Positions 26,713 through 39,207 of a stretch of DNA of 64,000 bases are shown here, piece by piece. The notes beneath the pieces are model-generated. The model did no database searches and was not told the origin of the DNA. It saw nothing but the letters and a program-made list of their open reading frames with translations. Within the stretch, counting starts at the first letter, position 1; every line of letters starts with the position of its first letter. Location: contig NC_068998.1 of the NCBI RefSeq assembly GCF_001194135.2, positions 5,906,519 through 5,970,518 on the forward strand, given 5' to 3'. Source of the stretch: Octopus bimaculoides (lineage: Eukaryota). A program made the translations under genes and the position numbers.

Positions 26713-27115
26713 AGGCGTAGGAGTGGCTGTGTGGTAAGTAGCTTACTTACCAACCACATGGTTCTGGGTTCAGTCCCACTGCGTGGCACCTTGGGCAAGT
26801 GTCTTCTACTCTAGCCTCGGGCCGACCAAAGCTTTCTGAGTGGGTTTGGTAAACAGAAACTGAAAGAAGCCTGTCGTGTGTGTGTGTGTGTGTGTGCGCG
26901 CGCGCGCGCGCGCGTGTCTCCAAGTCTTCGTATCATGTGATTGTTGTAAATGAAAGTCATTCATTTGTAATATCCTGCCAAAGCATGTTTGGCCTTAGGG
27001 AAATGTCACCTAGCTTGGAAACGGGCAAGTGTTGGCAACAGGAAGAGCATCTGGTTGCAGAAAATCTGCTTTAATCCAGTCAAGCATGAAAAAGTGAACA
27101 TTAAGATGATGATGA
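26713..27115 (+). mobile_element. SINE family A head with alternative 3' half ending in (GAT)n (variant B)
   Basis: Same head as family A to ...gaagcctgtcgt, then a different body (...ggaaacgggcaagtgttggcaacaggaagagcatc...catgaaaaagtgaacattaagatgatgat). Similar copies at about 18790-19110, 59927-60310(+), 60545-61035(-), 43860-44010(-). Confidence 0.8.
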
Positions 27116-27289
27116 AAGGAACCAGAGGACCTAATGCTTGCAACAGAGGGGAATTCAGCTAAATGGTTGCATCAGCTAAAGCATTGAACCCCAGTGCGTA
27201 ACTGGTACTTAATTTATCGACCCTGAAAGGATGAAAGGCAAAGTCAACCTCAGTGGAATTTGAACTCACAATGTAATAGCAGACGAAAT

Positions 27290-27608
27290 TTTTTTTTTTT
27301 TTTGCGCCCTTTAAAAGCCTAGCCAGACTCATGGGATCTGTTTCCCGGTTTCTATGGCATAATTGTTCCCCTCCCCCCAGCTGGACGGGACGCCAATCCA
27401 TCGCAGCTTTACTCAAGAAACAGGAAGAAAGAGTGAGAGAAAGTTGGGGCGAAAGAGTACAACAGGGGTCGCCACCACCCCCTGCCGGAGCCTCGTGGAG
27501 CTTAGGTGTTTTCACTCAATAAACACACACAACGCCCGGTCTGGCAATCGAAACCGCGATCCTCCGACCACGAGTCCGCTGCCCTAACCACTGGGCCATT
27601 GTGTCTCC
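27290..27608 (-). mobile_element. SINE family C nested inside a family D SINE, 12-bp TSD, poly(A) tail
   Basis: TSD agcagacgaaat at 27278-27289 and 27609-27620; family D sequence resumes seamlessly on both sides. Confidence 0.92.
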
Positions 27609-28001
27609 AGCAGACGAAATACCGCTAAGCATTTCGCCTGACGTGCTAACGATTCTGCCAGCTCACCGCCTTAAGGCAATTAATAATAACGAGAGCTCAA
27701 AGTTATTGAAACGTAGTGTAGATGTAAAGATATAGTTTAAAGAATTATGATAATAGTATGGGAAATTATTCTCTTATCTGCATTATTGCTTGGTCTGTAG
27801 CCACATTAAAATTGTATCAGTAACACTATCTAATTAATACAATGTAAATATTTGTGAAAAATTACAGCAAATTTACATCATTAAATATTTTGTAAATTTG
27901 CAATTAAAAATTAATCATTTAATTAATCGTATTCATTGTCTGATAAAATATCAAGAGAAATTTATGATGCAAACACATTGGAACTTATTTGGGTCATAGA
28001 C

Positions 28002-28218
28002 TTAACCCTTTCACATTCAGGTTACTTTGTCAAATGTAATAATTTGTTTTGAATTAATTATGCATTATCTTATAGCTTCGAGATTTCAATGATGTGATTG
28101 TTTACTTTTTAGAATGACATTGTAGGATAGGTATGAAATGGCAGATCTGGCCAGTGTAAGCATAAAACAGGCATGGCATCTGGGCTGGATATGGCCAGTT
28201 TAAATATTACAGGATTAA
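28002..28218 (+). mobile_element. TTAA-flanked MITE, copy
   Basis: ttaaccctttcacattcag...tttaaatattacaggattaa; same internal sequence as the other copies. Confidence 0.8.
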
Positions 28219-28830
28219 CGTGTAGCTTAGCTTTAGGGCAGTGAGCTGGAAGAATCATTAGCACGCCGGGCAAAATGCTTAGCAGTATTTTGTCTGCCGT
28301 TACGTGGAGTTCAAATTCCGAGGTTGACTATCACTTGGCTTCATGGGTCTTCTCAAGCACGGCATGGAAAAAGCCAGAGGGAAATGCTAGTTTTGTTATA
28401 GGGTCTGCGTGATTAAAAGGTGATCTGGGCTAAACAACTACAAAAAGAAAAAGAACATTTTCTGCAACAAATGAAGAAAGACTTTGCTCGATTGCGACAT
28501 CTAAACTATACATAAGTGGAAGGTAATCACTAAACGATGAAGAGAATTTTAATGTGGGAGCTATTTAGGAAGAGGAAATGGATATCATGCCAAATATTAT
28601 GAATTTATCTAATATATTTATATATGCGTATGTGTGTGTGTGTGTCTGTAAACACATGTGTATGTGTGTGCATTTATGAATATGTGAGACAGAGAGGGAA
28701 AGAGGATATATTCCTCTGCATACATGTGTGTGCATGTCTGTGCAAGAGAGAGAGAGAGAGGGAAACTAAGTAGTGGTTGTCTGAATATTTATATATAGAT
28801 ACAGCATATGAGAGTGAGTGAGTGAATGAG

Positions 28831-28869
<39 letters not shown>

Positions 28870-29583
28870 AGAGGTGTAGAGGAGGAGGGAGAGAGAGAAA
28901 AAGAGAGGTGTAGAGGAGGAGGGAGAGAGAGAATGACTATCAGCTGTTGCTTTCTGTGGATCAGTGGCTGACATTTCCACTTGATGATGATGATGATGAA
29001 GAATATGGATATAAATATGAAGACTAATGTAGAAACGGTAATAAAGATAACAAAACCGAGTGGAGGAAAGGGAAATATACTTCTCCCCTCCTCCCAGACA
29101 TATACAAATACCAACACCATTGCTGCATGTGTGATAAGAAGCTTGTTTTGCAACTACATGGCTCCGGGTTCAGTCCCACTGAGTAGCATCTTGGGCAAGT
29201 GTCTTTTTGAATACGTAACTACATTTGTCTACAGCCTCAATATCTGTTGGAATGAAAACTTCTGAAGGTCTTGTCATATTTTAAATATGGTAATTAATTT
29301 TAGCAATCCAGGAGGGATGAGAGGCAGAATTGAACTCAATGGGATTTGAACTCAGAGCATAAATAACCAGAATGAATATTGTAAAGCATTATCGCCAATT
29401 CTCTAATGAGTCTGCTCATCCATTGCTGTGATAAGAATATTAATAATGAGTCAATTTAATCAACATGTAAGGTGGAATGAATATTGGGTACTGACTGAAA
29501 GAAAACGATCACCAATATAAATGCCCAAAACAGGGTTCCTCTGAAGGAGTGCATAGCTCAGAGACCAAGGAGTCTCTCTAGAT

Positions 29584-29941
29584 CAGTGTTTCCAAACCTA
29601 TTTTCCTCAAGGCCCCACTATAACTTTACAGAATAATGTACGCCCCACTGGTGGTTGGAAAAAACAAAAAAAAAAACAACTTTATTTTTGGTATTTCATA
29701 ATTATATACTTTCCTTAAAGAACTATCAACACTGGGGCATGAGAATAGCGCTATACTGTAGCCATATGCTTGGTTGGAGGGATTGGATTGGTTAGGCTGA
29801 CTATAGATGTAGTAGGTTTGCTGTGAAAAAAGGATTTTCACTAAAAAAAAAAAGAAAAAAATTGGAATCCCATGCCTCACAATAATCTTCCATGGTCCCA
29901 CTGGTGGAGGGGGGGGGGTTGCTCCATGTTGGGAATCACTG
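29584..29941 (+). mobile_element. hAT/Charlie-like MITE
   Basis: Termini cagtgtttccaaac...gttgggaatcactg; flanking 8-mers ctctagat / cttcagat (6/8 match, similar to the Charlie NTCTAGAN target). Confidence 0.65.
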
Positions 29942-29964
29942 CTTCAGATCAAGCTGCTACTTAT

Positions 29965-30290
29965 CTGTATTGAGAAGTCACAGCTCTGGTTGTATGGACA
30001 TGTGATTTAAGCATCACAAGGAAGAATCGCAAGACGGATTCTCCAAGCTGAACCAGAAGCAGGAGACCTAGCGGTAGACCGTGACCAAGATGGTTGGATG
30101 ATATCCGTAGTGTCAGTTGGTCGTGGTTGGGAATCCAGTCAGAAAGTCTAATGATGGTTCCTTCTGATGGGATTCTATGGAAGAGGTGCTTCTGGATTCT
30201 TTCTCCATGACCCTCCCAGCAATAGCAGGGGAGAAAAGATGAATGAATGAATGAATGAATGGATGGATATATGGATGGATGGATATAATG
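29965..30290 (+). mobile_element. 3' end of a second RTE-clade LINE (Rex3/Expander-like) with (GAAT)n/(GGAT)n tail
   Basis: Reads IEKSQLWLYGHVI*...RIARRILQAEPE..RPSGRP*PRWLDDIRSVSWSWLGI, the RTE 'LRW.GHV...GRP..RW.D' motif, followed by a tetranucleotide tail. Confidence 0.8.
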
Positions 30291-30306
30291 GGTCAACATT
30301 TTTTAC

Positions 30307-30393
30307 CGTAGGAGTGAAAAGTTCATCATATTTGGGGTTGTGTTTCAGTTCTTTTTCTGTTGGATCCACCGGTTGTAAGGAGTTAACATCATG
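30307..30393 (-). CDS. CDC40: CDC40/PRP17 coding exon 2 (HDVNSLQPVDPTEKELKHNPKYDELFTPT)
   Basis: Polypyrimidine acceptor tctcttctctcttccag, 87 nt, donor ACG|GTAAAA, phase 0-0. Matches the recalled PRP17 motif 'LDPAVKEVQYNPTYETMFAPE'. Confidence 0.93.
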
Positions 30394-31857
30394 CTGGAAG
30401 AGAGAAGAGAAAATGGAAAGTTTATTAAAGTGAATGTTTAAATAACTGAAAGAAGTTCTTGTTAAATAGCATTATAATTTACATATCAACATCATCATCA
30501 TCACCGTTTAATGTCTGCCTTCCATGTTAGCATGGGTGGGACGGTTTCACAAGAGCTGTCCAAGCAAAACCCTGCACCAGACTTCTGGGACTGTTTTGGC
30601 AGGATTTTTACAGCTGGATCCCCTTCCTAACACCAATCACTCAGCAGAGTGGACTTAGTGCTTTTTACGTGGCACAAGCACAGGTGAGGTCAGTTTTGGC
30701 AAGGTTTTTACAGCTGGACACCGTCCCGAACACTAACCACTTTACACTGCGGACTACATGCTTTTTAAGTGGGACCTGCACTTAAAGGCTTTGGTTGGCC
30801 AAGTGCTTTGATAGAAGGTACTTGCCCGAAGCAGCATGCGGGTGGGGTGGGGGGTGGGGTGAAACCCACAAACAAGAGGTTGGTAAGCTGAATTCTTACC
30901 ACACAGCTATACCACAGTACCTACACCAAGATACCTGGTGCCTTGCTGTACTCAAGAAGACCCATCTTCTTCAGCAGAAGTGTTGAGGTCGCTCCCCTTG
31001 ATAAAGAAGATTGGCCTGCAAGAGTCCAGTGTTGGTGCCATGTAAAAGCGCTCATCTGGTGCCATGCTAAAAGCACCCAGCACACAGTGTGAAGTGGTTG
31101 GTGCTAGGAGGAGCATCCAGCCATAGAAACCAGGTCAAATCAGACAGGAACTTGGTGCAGCTCCCCAGCTGGCCAGCCCTGGTCAAACCATTCCACCCAT
31201 GCCAGCATGGAAAATGGATGTTAAAGGATGATGATGATGTGCATGTGTGTGTGTTTGCATATAAGAACTGGAATGCAGTGACACCACTGTCATATTAAAA
31301 GCTCTTCTAGCCTTCCTCACATGGACACATTGGAGGAAGGGACAGTGACTCTGCTCTTCAGGGTCCCTCCAAGACTTCCCAAACCACTGGCATTGATGCT
31401 GTCAATGTTCCTCTTCAACTACTGCAAATCAACAACTTCACATTGCAATTAGACATTGGATGAGGAGTTAATTACAACAAGAATGGTTCCAGGACATACT
31501 CAACATACTTATACATACTCACTGTTTAAATATAGAAAAAAATATGTAAATGCACAACAACAAATGTACTTCACAGAGGCTAATGACATTTTCGAAAAAT
31601 AATTATGGCATTGGTAGGTTCTGGTTTGTCTTTTGAGAGACGAGGAAGAGGGAAATATTTTGTATATCTTTTTTCTTCTATGTCCCCTAAACAAGATACA
31701 GTTGGGAAGTGAAATGAGGGAGGTAACGAAGGCAAGCTATAATGGAAATACACACACATCGTAATCTATGAAGAATAAACTTAAGTTGAACACAAGACAG
31801 CTGCATTTATTTAGAAGTAGAGATGAGGAAGAACGATATATAAATGATGAGGAGAAA

Positions 31858-31899
<42 letters not shown>

Positions 31900-32180
31900 A
31901 AGAGAGAGGAGGGAGGGAAAGAGAGAGAGAGAGAGGAGGAGGGAGGGAAAGAGAGAGAGAGAGAGGAGGAGGAGGGAGGGAAAGAGAGAGAGAGGAGGAG
32001 GGAGGGAAAGAGAGAGAGAGAGATAGGGAGGGAGAGGGGACAGTAAAAAGGGGAGAAGAAGAGGAGTGAAAACAAAACAGATATAAAATATGCTTGAGAA
32101 AAGTGAAAGAGGGTGAATTATGTAGACAGGGGAGAGGGTGAGAGTAAAAGGATGGAAAAAGAACACACACACATGCACGC

Positions 32181-32248
<68 letters not shown>

Positions 32249-34090
32249 CGGACTAGACAGAGCAGACCTGACTCTGAAACAGAACTGATATAAAACATCT
32301 TAAATGAAAGTGGAAGGAAGTATTAGTTCATTGAATCATCTGCAGCACAACGTACACACAACCCTCCTGGCATTTGTTTATTCAACAGAAACCTGACACG
32401 GGTGAAAGGCAATATAAAGTTTGTGACGTTGATTTGAACTTGGGACATTTCAAAACTCACAGCAAGAGAGACAGAGAGAGTTTGAGTGAAAGGGTGTTTT
32501 GTATAATTTTCACCCAAGAGAGATTCAAGAAAACTAAAGCATCTTCCATCCAGTAATATAATGCCATTGTTTGCAGTTCACATGATTTAGATTGAGGAGA
32601 ACATTTCAGAACCTACAGGGGACAAGCTTCTATACTTTTCACCCATAAACATTCAAATAACTAAATATTTAGTAATATATTATGGGGAGTTTGAGTCAAT
32701 CTCAGTGTATGCCTCAATGTTGCAGCCGTTAGGGGTTGAACCCAGCATAAAAAAAATAACGAAAAAAAACACAAAAAAAAGATAGAAAGAAGGAGCTAAA
32801 CGGACAAGGTTTGTATTTTTGATCCTCAGAAACTTAGGAAAATTAAATATTCAGTCATGTTGCGTGGTGTTGTTGATTCAAATTCGAATCTAAGCCTTTA
32901 TTGTTGCTGACTGCCTGATGCAGTTGACAAAAAGTCATTGTGCTTTTTATCAAAAGGATATTATTTTTATTACTGTGACACCCATAAAGATAAGATGCTG
33001 ATAAAGCTGACTATATTTAAAAAAAACAACAACAACTGATATATGCTGCAGTAATGATGATGATGATGATGATTTGAATTCAAGTGTGTGTGCAGTGGGG
33101 GTGGAGAGGGAGTGATTCGAATTTCTATAAGAACTTTGGAGCTCAAAGGAAACCATTTTTAGAGCCCATGATAAAAACCATTTATAACAGAGGTGTGGAT
33201 TGCTGAGTGTGATTATGATCATCACCATCACCATCATCATTTTAATGATCACTTCTCCATGCTTGAAAGGGTCAGACGGAATCCACTGAGGAAGATTTTC
33301 AATGGCTGGATGCTCCACTGCCTATCACCAGTCCTCACCTCTTTCTGAGCAAAGCAATATTTTCTTGTCTGACAGGCTTCTACCTAATGCACAATGCCAA
33401 AGAGATACACACACACAGAGAGGTGCCTGCAGGATTGAGTGATTAAAAGGTTTACCATCCAAACTACTGCAAGGTGCTCTGGGCAAGTGTATTTTACAAA
33501 AGTCCCAGAGCCAACGGAAGACTTGCAAGTGGATTTGGTAGACAGGAACTGACAGAGCACTCTCATCATCATCATCACCGTTTAACGTCTGCTCTCCATG
33601 CTGGCATGGGTTGGATGGTTTGACATGGAGCTGTCCAACACTCCAACTGTCTGTTGTGGCATGGTCTCTATGGCTGGATGCCCTTCCTAGTACCAACCAC
33701 CTTGCATACTGTTTCACTTATCTGTTGTCAAAACTTCTGGTGGGATGGTCATGTAGAGAGATACAAAAACAGTACTATTAACAATTCAAATACTACTTTT
33801 TCTCTACCTACAACTTAAACCACTCAATCAAACTTGCATCGAAATTTCACTGATGCTTAAAATAATGCACTTAAACCCACACAATCTGCTGGTATTCATG
33901 ATGCTTCACTGATTTCTGTACCACCTTCTGGCCTTCCCCTCTCTCATTATGACCACTGCAAACCACCACCATCACTGCTCCTCCGCCTACTACTACTACT
34001 ACAGCTACTACTTCTCTAATTCAGCAATATTATTTCTGGGAGTGGAAGGGAATTTCATTAATTTTTTTGGTATGTGTGTGAGTGTATGCA

Positions 34091-34132
<42 letters not shown>

Positions 34133-35696
34133 AGAGAGAGAGAGAGAGAGAGAGAGATCCAATGTGTTGAGTTGTCCTCAATGCATGAAATCATTCAGGA
34201 TTTTCTCACCCAAAACCTCTACACACTCTTACCCCCTGGATTCTGTTTACATTTCATNNNNNNNNNNNNNNNNNNNNNNNNNNNNNNNNNNNNNNNNNNN
34301 NNNNNNNNNNNNNNNNNNNNNNNNNNNNNNNNNNNNNNNNNNNNNNNNNNNNNNNNNNNNNNNNNNNNNNNNNNNNNNNNNNNNNNNNNNNNNNNNNNNN
34401 NNNNNNNNNNNNNNNNNNNNNNNNNNNNNNNNNNNNNNNNNNNNNNNNNNNNNNNNNNNNNNNNNNNNNNNNNNNNNNNNNNNNNNNNNNNNNNNNNNNN
34501 NNNNNNNNNNNNNNNNNNNNNNNNNNNNNNNNNNNNNNNNNNNNNNNNNNNNNNNNNNNNNNNNNNNNNNNNNNNNNNNNNNNNNNNNNNNNNNNNNNNN
34601 NNNNNNNNNNNNNNNNNNNNNNNNNNNNNNNNNNNNNNNNNNNNNNNNNNNNNNNNNNNNNNNNNNNNNNNNNNNNNNNNNNNNNNNNNNNNNNNNGGAT
34701 TTGGTAGACGGAAACTGAAAGAAGCCCGTCGTATATATATATATATATGTATGTATGTACGTGTATATGTTTGTTTGTGTTTGTCCTCCCAACATCGCTT
34801 GACAACCGATGATGGTGTGTTTATGTCCCCCGTAACTTAGCGGTTCAGCAAAAGAAACCGATAGAATAAGTACTAGGCTTACAAAGAATAAGTCCTGGGG
34901 TCGATTTGCTCGACTAAAGGCAGTGCTCCAGCATGGCCACAGTCAAATGACTGAAACAAGTAAAAGAGTAAAAAGAGAGAGAGAGTAACTGGTAGCAGGT
35001 TCTTATCCAACCCATGCTAGCATGGAAAGCAGACATTAAACAATGATGATGATGATGATGTTAATTGGTTAACTATTTAACCAATCAACATATTGCTTGT
35101 TTGATTAATCATTTGGTCAATCAATCAGCCAGGTTTGTCAAAATCATCCATCCCTCACTATTTGTGACCCCTATCACAAAGATCCCTTTTCTACCCCAGA
35201 TCAGCTTCAGGCCCGTCTGTCTCTACCAATCACATATATTGCATTTTTATCTATTCATACATAATGTACCCCTAACTACAGTAACCAACATGTCCTTCTG
35301 CTAGATGGAGAATTAGCTGCCATATCTAGCAATTCAAGTCACCACACAGAGGCTCTTTCATTAATGTAGTGCTGTTATTTAACCCCAGGCCAGGCATATT
35401 GCATGGATGTATTACGAAGCAGTCGCTATGTCATTTTGGCAGCTGATTTATGTCTTAAACTTGCAAATGGATAGCTAAAAAATAGCAAGTCTTTCCGGTG
35501 GAAGAAGAGGCATATTTTGAATATTTTTATATGAATATGACAAATTTTGGTATTATTAAACACACACACACATACAGTATTTGCATACATTACTTTCTAT
35601 TAGCAGTTAGGTAGACTGTATGCTTGTGTGTACACACACAGGTACACACATATAAATGTATAACATTTGCATATTAGACATTAATTATGAGCAGAT

Positions 35697-35736
<40 letters not shown>

Positions 35737-35743
<7 letters not shown>

Positions 35744-35853
35744 CATACAAAAATAAGAGGAATGACCAGCAAAAGTGGATGATTCAGCATCTATTTCTAG
35801 CATATAGGAGTCCACTTTTGCTGGTCATTCCTCTTATTTTTGTATGTAATATA
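35737..35853. repeat. Perfect 43-bp inverted repeat with 31-nt spacer
   Basis: Arms 35737-35779 and 35811-35853 are exact reverse complements; the left arm abuts a (TA)n tract. Confidence 0.95.
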
Positions 35854-36189
35854 ATTTTAAGCTTTGGATTTTTTTTAATATGCTAGACCACTGGTTTTAA
35901 TTGATTAATATCAATTTCTGCCCTTATTAATAAATTTTAAATTTTATATATATTTATATATGTAGGTGTATGAAGTTTATAAATTTGACAACTTTGTGTA
36001 AAGGAATGTTACCATGTCTGGCATGAGAACTTCCTAGTTGCCATCTTGCTGCTCACTGATCAACTTCATCTGTCTCTCTCCCATCTCTCGGATCGGACAT
36101 TTCCTCTCAGTGCATTCCGTGCACTGACTGAACTCTCTCCAACCCACATTCTAAACTATCTACAGCCTCTGATGTACCTCTCATAGTTC

Positions 36190-36330
36190 CATCAATACAG
36201 CTTTCCCTACACTTCTCCTTCTGTAATATTAGCGACCTACTTGTTGTTACATTTAACAAACACACTTCTATGCAGATGATATTAACAAGCTTTCCTTTCT
36301 CTGTTAACATTCTGCAGTCTGGCGTCACCA
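36190..36330 (+). mobile_element. Fossil LINE reverse-transcriptase fragment
   Basis: ttctatgcagatgatatt = FYADDI at 36266-36283, preceded by a frameshifted 'NISDLL' resembling the LYINDL motif of CR1/Jockey-type RTs. Confidence 0.4.
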
Positions 36331-39207
36331 ACATGCAACCAAGAACATCCTACATCAGACACCCACAGCTTTCATTAACAGAGAGAGAGAGAGACACATC
36401 AAAAAACATTCCCTAGTGGAAAGATAACTATCAATCCTCTGTCAACACAATTACAATACGCATCAAGAAAAACAAGTTTTGCACTATATTCTCGTGGGTA
36501 TATGAATAACACACTGATAAAGGCCCCACAAATTTGCTGCAAATGTTAGCTTTCACAAATTCTAATGATATCTCATGGTAATCTCACATCGATGATGCTA
36601 CTGAAAACTGCATCTCAAAGACTAAGCTTCTCCTTCAGGGCCAGATCAGTGACTGACTCTTCAAAAAAAAAAAAAAAAATAATAAATTACTGCAAATCAC
36701 ATAAGCCTACTGCTCACATGTCAAACCAGAAATGCTATCACCCTGTATATGTTTGATCTGCAAGTTATAGCAGCCAAACCCACCCTCAAATCACACCGTA
36801 CATTTCCTTCATCATTTGCATCCATATCACAAAGATCCCATTTCTACTCCAGGTCTGCTTCAGGTCCATCTGTCTCAGGCAATCAAATATATTGCGCTTT
36901 TATTTATTCAGGGAGAGGGGGGGGGAGTCAATTAAATCGACCCCAGTACTTAGCTGGTACTTAATTTATTGACCCAGAAAGGATGAAAGGCAAAGTTGAC
37001 CTCGGCGGAATTTGAACTCAGAATGTAAAGACAGACGAAATACCGCTAAGCATTAAGCTCAGCATGCTAACGTTTCTGAGAATAGAGAAGCATTGAAATG
37101 TCTGATGTCAATAAAGGTCGCTGTTGAAGGGAGTTGAATTGGCAACGCCAAATAGATGGCGCCAAAATGATTGTGCTAAAACCTCACATGACTGCTTTTG
37201 AGATACCGCGCACATTGGCTGTAGTTCTTGGTAAAGAGCATGTCCCTAAGAATCACGGCCCAGAATCAAGGCAATAATATAATTTAACAAATCAGAGAAG
37301 TAAAAAATCAAAATGATGACGATGACGAAAATGATGGAAATGATGAAATGGATTAAAGAGCGAAAGAATGGCAATAGAAAATATCAGCCAAATTTCATGA
37401 TTCATTGCTGCTGCAGTAAGAATTTGCATTGCTTAGTATTCGAGTGTAGGAGCAGTCCGAGCTGAAACATCCTTCATCCAAGCTGAAAACATAATCTGAA
37501 GGAAGGAAGGAAGGAAGGAGAGAGAGAGAGAAAGAGAGAAAGAAGGCTATTTGGCTCCGTTTTAGAAGCAAGAAACGAAATGAAATGGAAATGATATTTC
37601 AGTGAATGTTATATAATGTGACTTTAACAAAGAATAACAAGAGTCAAACAGGTTGGCCAGGAATTAGGCCCATGACAGAGTCTGCCAGAAGAAAAATTCT
37701 GTTTTAAGTGGATAAGGACATTTGTTATTATGGTTTCAAGTGGAGCTGAAGAAATAACATGGCAGTGTTCTTGTGTTCTTGCTGTTTGTCTTTCAGAGCT
37801 CTAGTTGCCAGTCATTTCTGACCATGCAGATTGAAATCCAAAGGAAGAGAACGGCAAATCAAAAAGTAGGTGTGATAAGAGGAATATCCAGAATAAAATA
37901 AATTTTTAAAAAATGAAATAATAAAATAAAAAAAAAACAAACAAGAAACTAGTGCTGGCTTGCATTGCCAATAATTAATAATCAATACAAAAGAGTTCAA
38001 GAAGTTAATTTTTTATCAATAATACACAATCTGCTGTTTTGAGCATTGTTATGAGCAAAAGAATAGATAAAGTGCCATTATTACTTGGGCTGAGTGCAAC
38101 TTAGTGATAGAAGCTAGTGTTTTACTTCCAGTTAGAAATGTATTCCCGGTTAAGAAGGTCACTTTGCAACCACTGGGCAAGTGCCTTCTTCTATAACCAT
38201 ATGTCGACCGATGCTTGTAAGTGAGATTTGAAAGACAGAAAGAGCACAGGAGCCAATTGTGCTCGCGTATGTATGTATGAGTTTTTCTGTGATCTTACCG
38301 ACATTACTTGGGCAATGGGGGATGTTAGCTCATGTCTCTAAGCTCTGTGGTTTTAGATGTATGAAGACGAGTAGAAGAAAGTACCTCACTTGAAAACAAG
38401 GGCTGGGCCTCAGGAAGGGTCATTCAGCTGTAGAAACCAAGCCAAATCAGACTGGGCCCAGCTTGCCAGCCCTGGTCAAACCGTCCAACCCATGCCAGCA
38501 TAGTTAACGGACATTAAATGATGATGATGATGCAAGAAGCAGCTAGGACAAGTCTTCCTCTAACATTTTACTTAGTTCAATCTACACAAGTTAGTGTGTG
38601 AAAAACAAAATAGGAATTTTGAAAGAAGTGACTATAAAAGTAGTTTTTAAACATCAAATGGCTATGGGGTCCACCAAAATAAACTAGTAATTAAAGGGGG
38701 TCCATAGATAAAAAGTGGTTGATTTTATATCTTTGAAGGTCTGGATATATAATTTAACAAAGTAGGGAGAAAAAGAAATGTATTCACATGATGCACTACG
38801 ACTACCTAAACGTAAGACTCCAAACGCCCTCTGGTGTGAATAAAGCACATTACTCTTATTATAAGAGTCCAATGAGTTTACTTTCAATCCTACAGGGGTG
38901 TTACTGTCTGTCACTGCAACAGCTGAAAGCCCCTGTTAAATAAGGTGTCCGGGACTCTCATTTGACTTCATTTGTTTTGTATCAAATAAGTTAGCAGCTC
39001 AAGTCTCTAGTCTCTTCATTCGCAGACAATGACTATGCAACAACACCAGACAAGACTGACTCCCTCTCACTCAACAGTCGCAACCATACAACAGATTAAG
39101 TTGAAGGGGAAAGCGTTGGTGAAATCTACTTCTCATCTCTCTACAAATAACAGACACAGCCATATTAAAATAGATGGAATGGTTACATACAGAATGCATT
39201 TAACCAT

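Noticed and set aside
32389-32556. Zinc-finger-linker-like peptide KPDTGERQYKVCDV...HFKTH on the plus strand
   Set aside because: Lacks the C-x2-C / H-x3-H spacing, has no good donor, and no neighbouring finger array.
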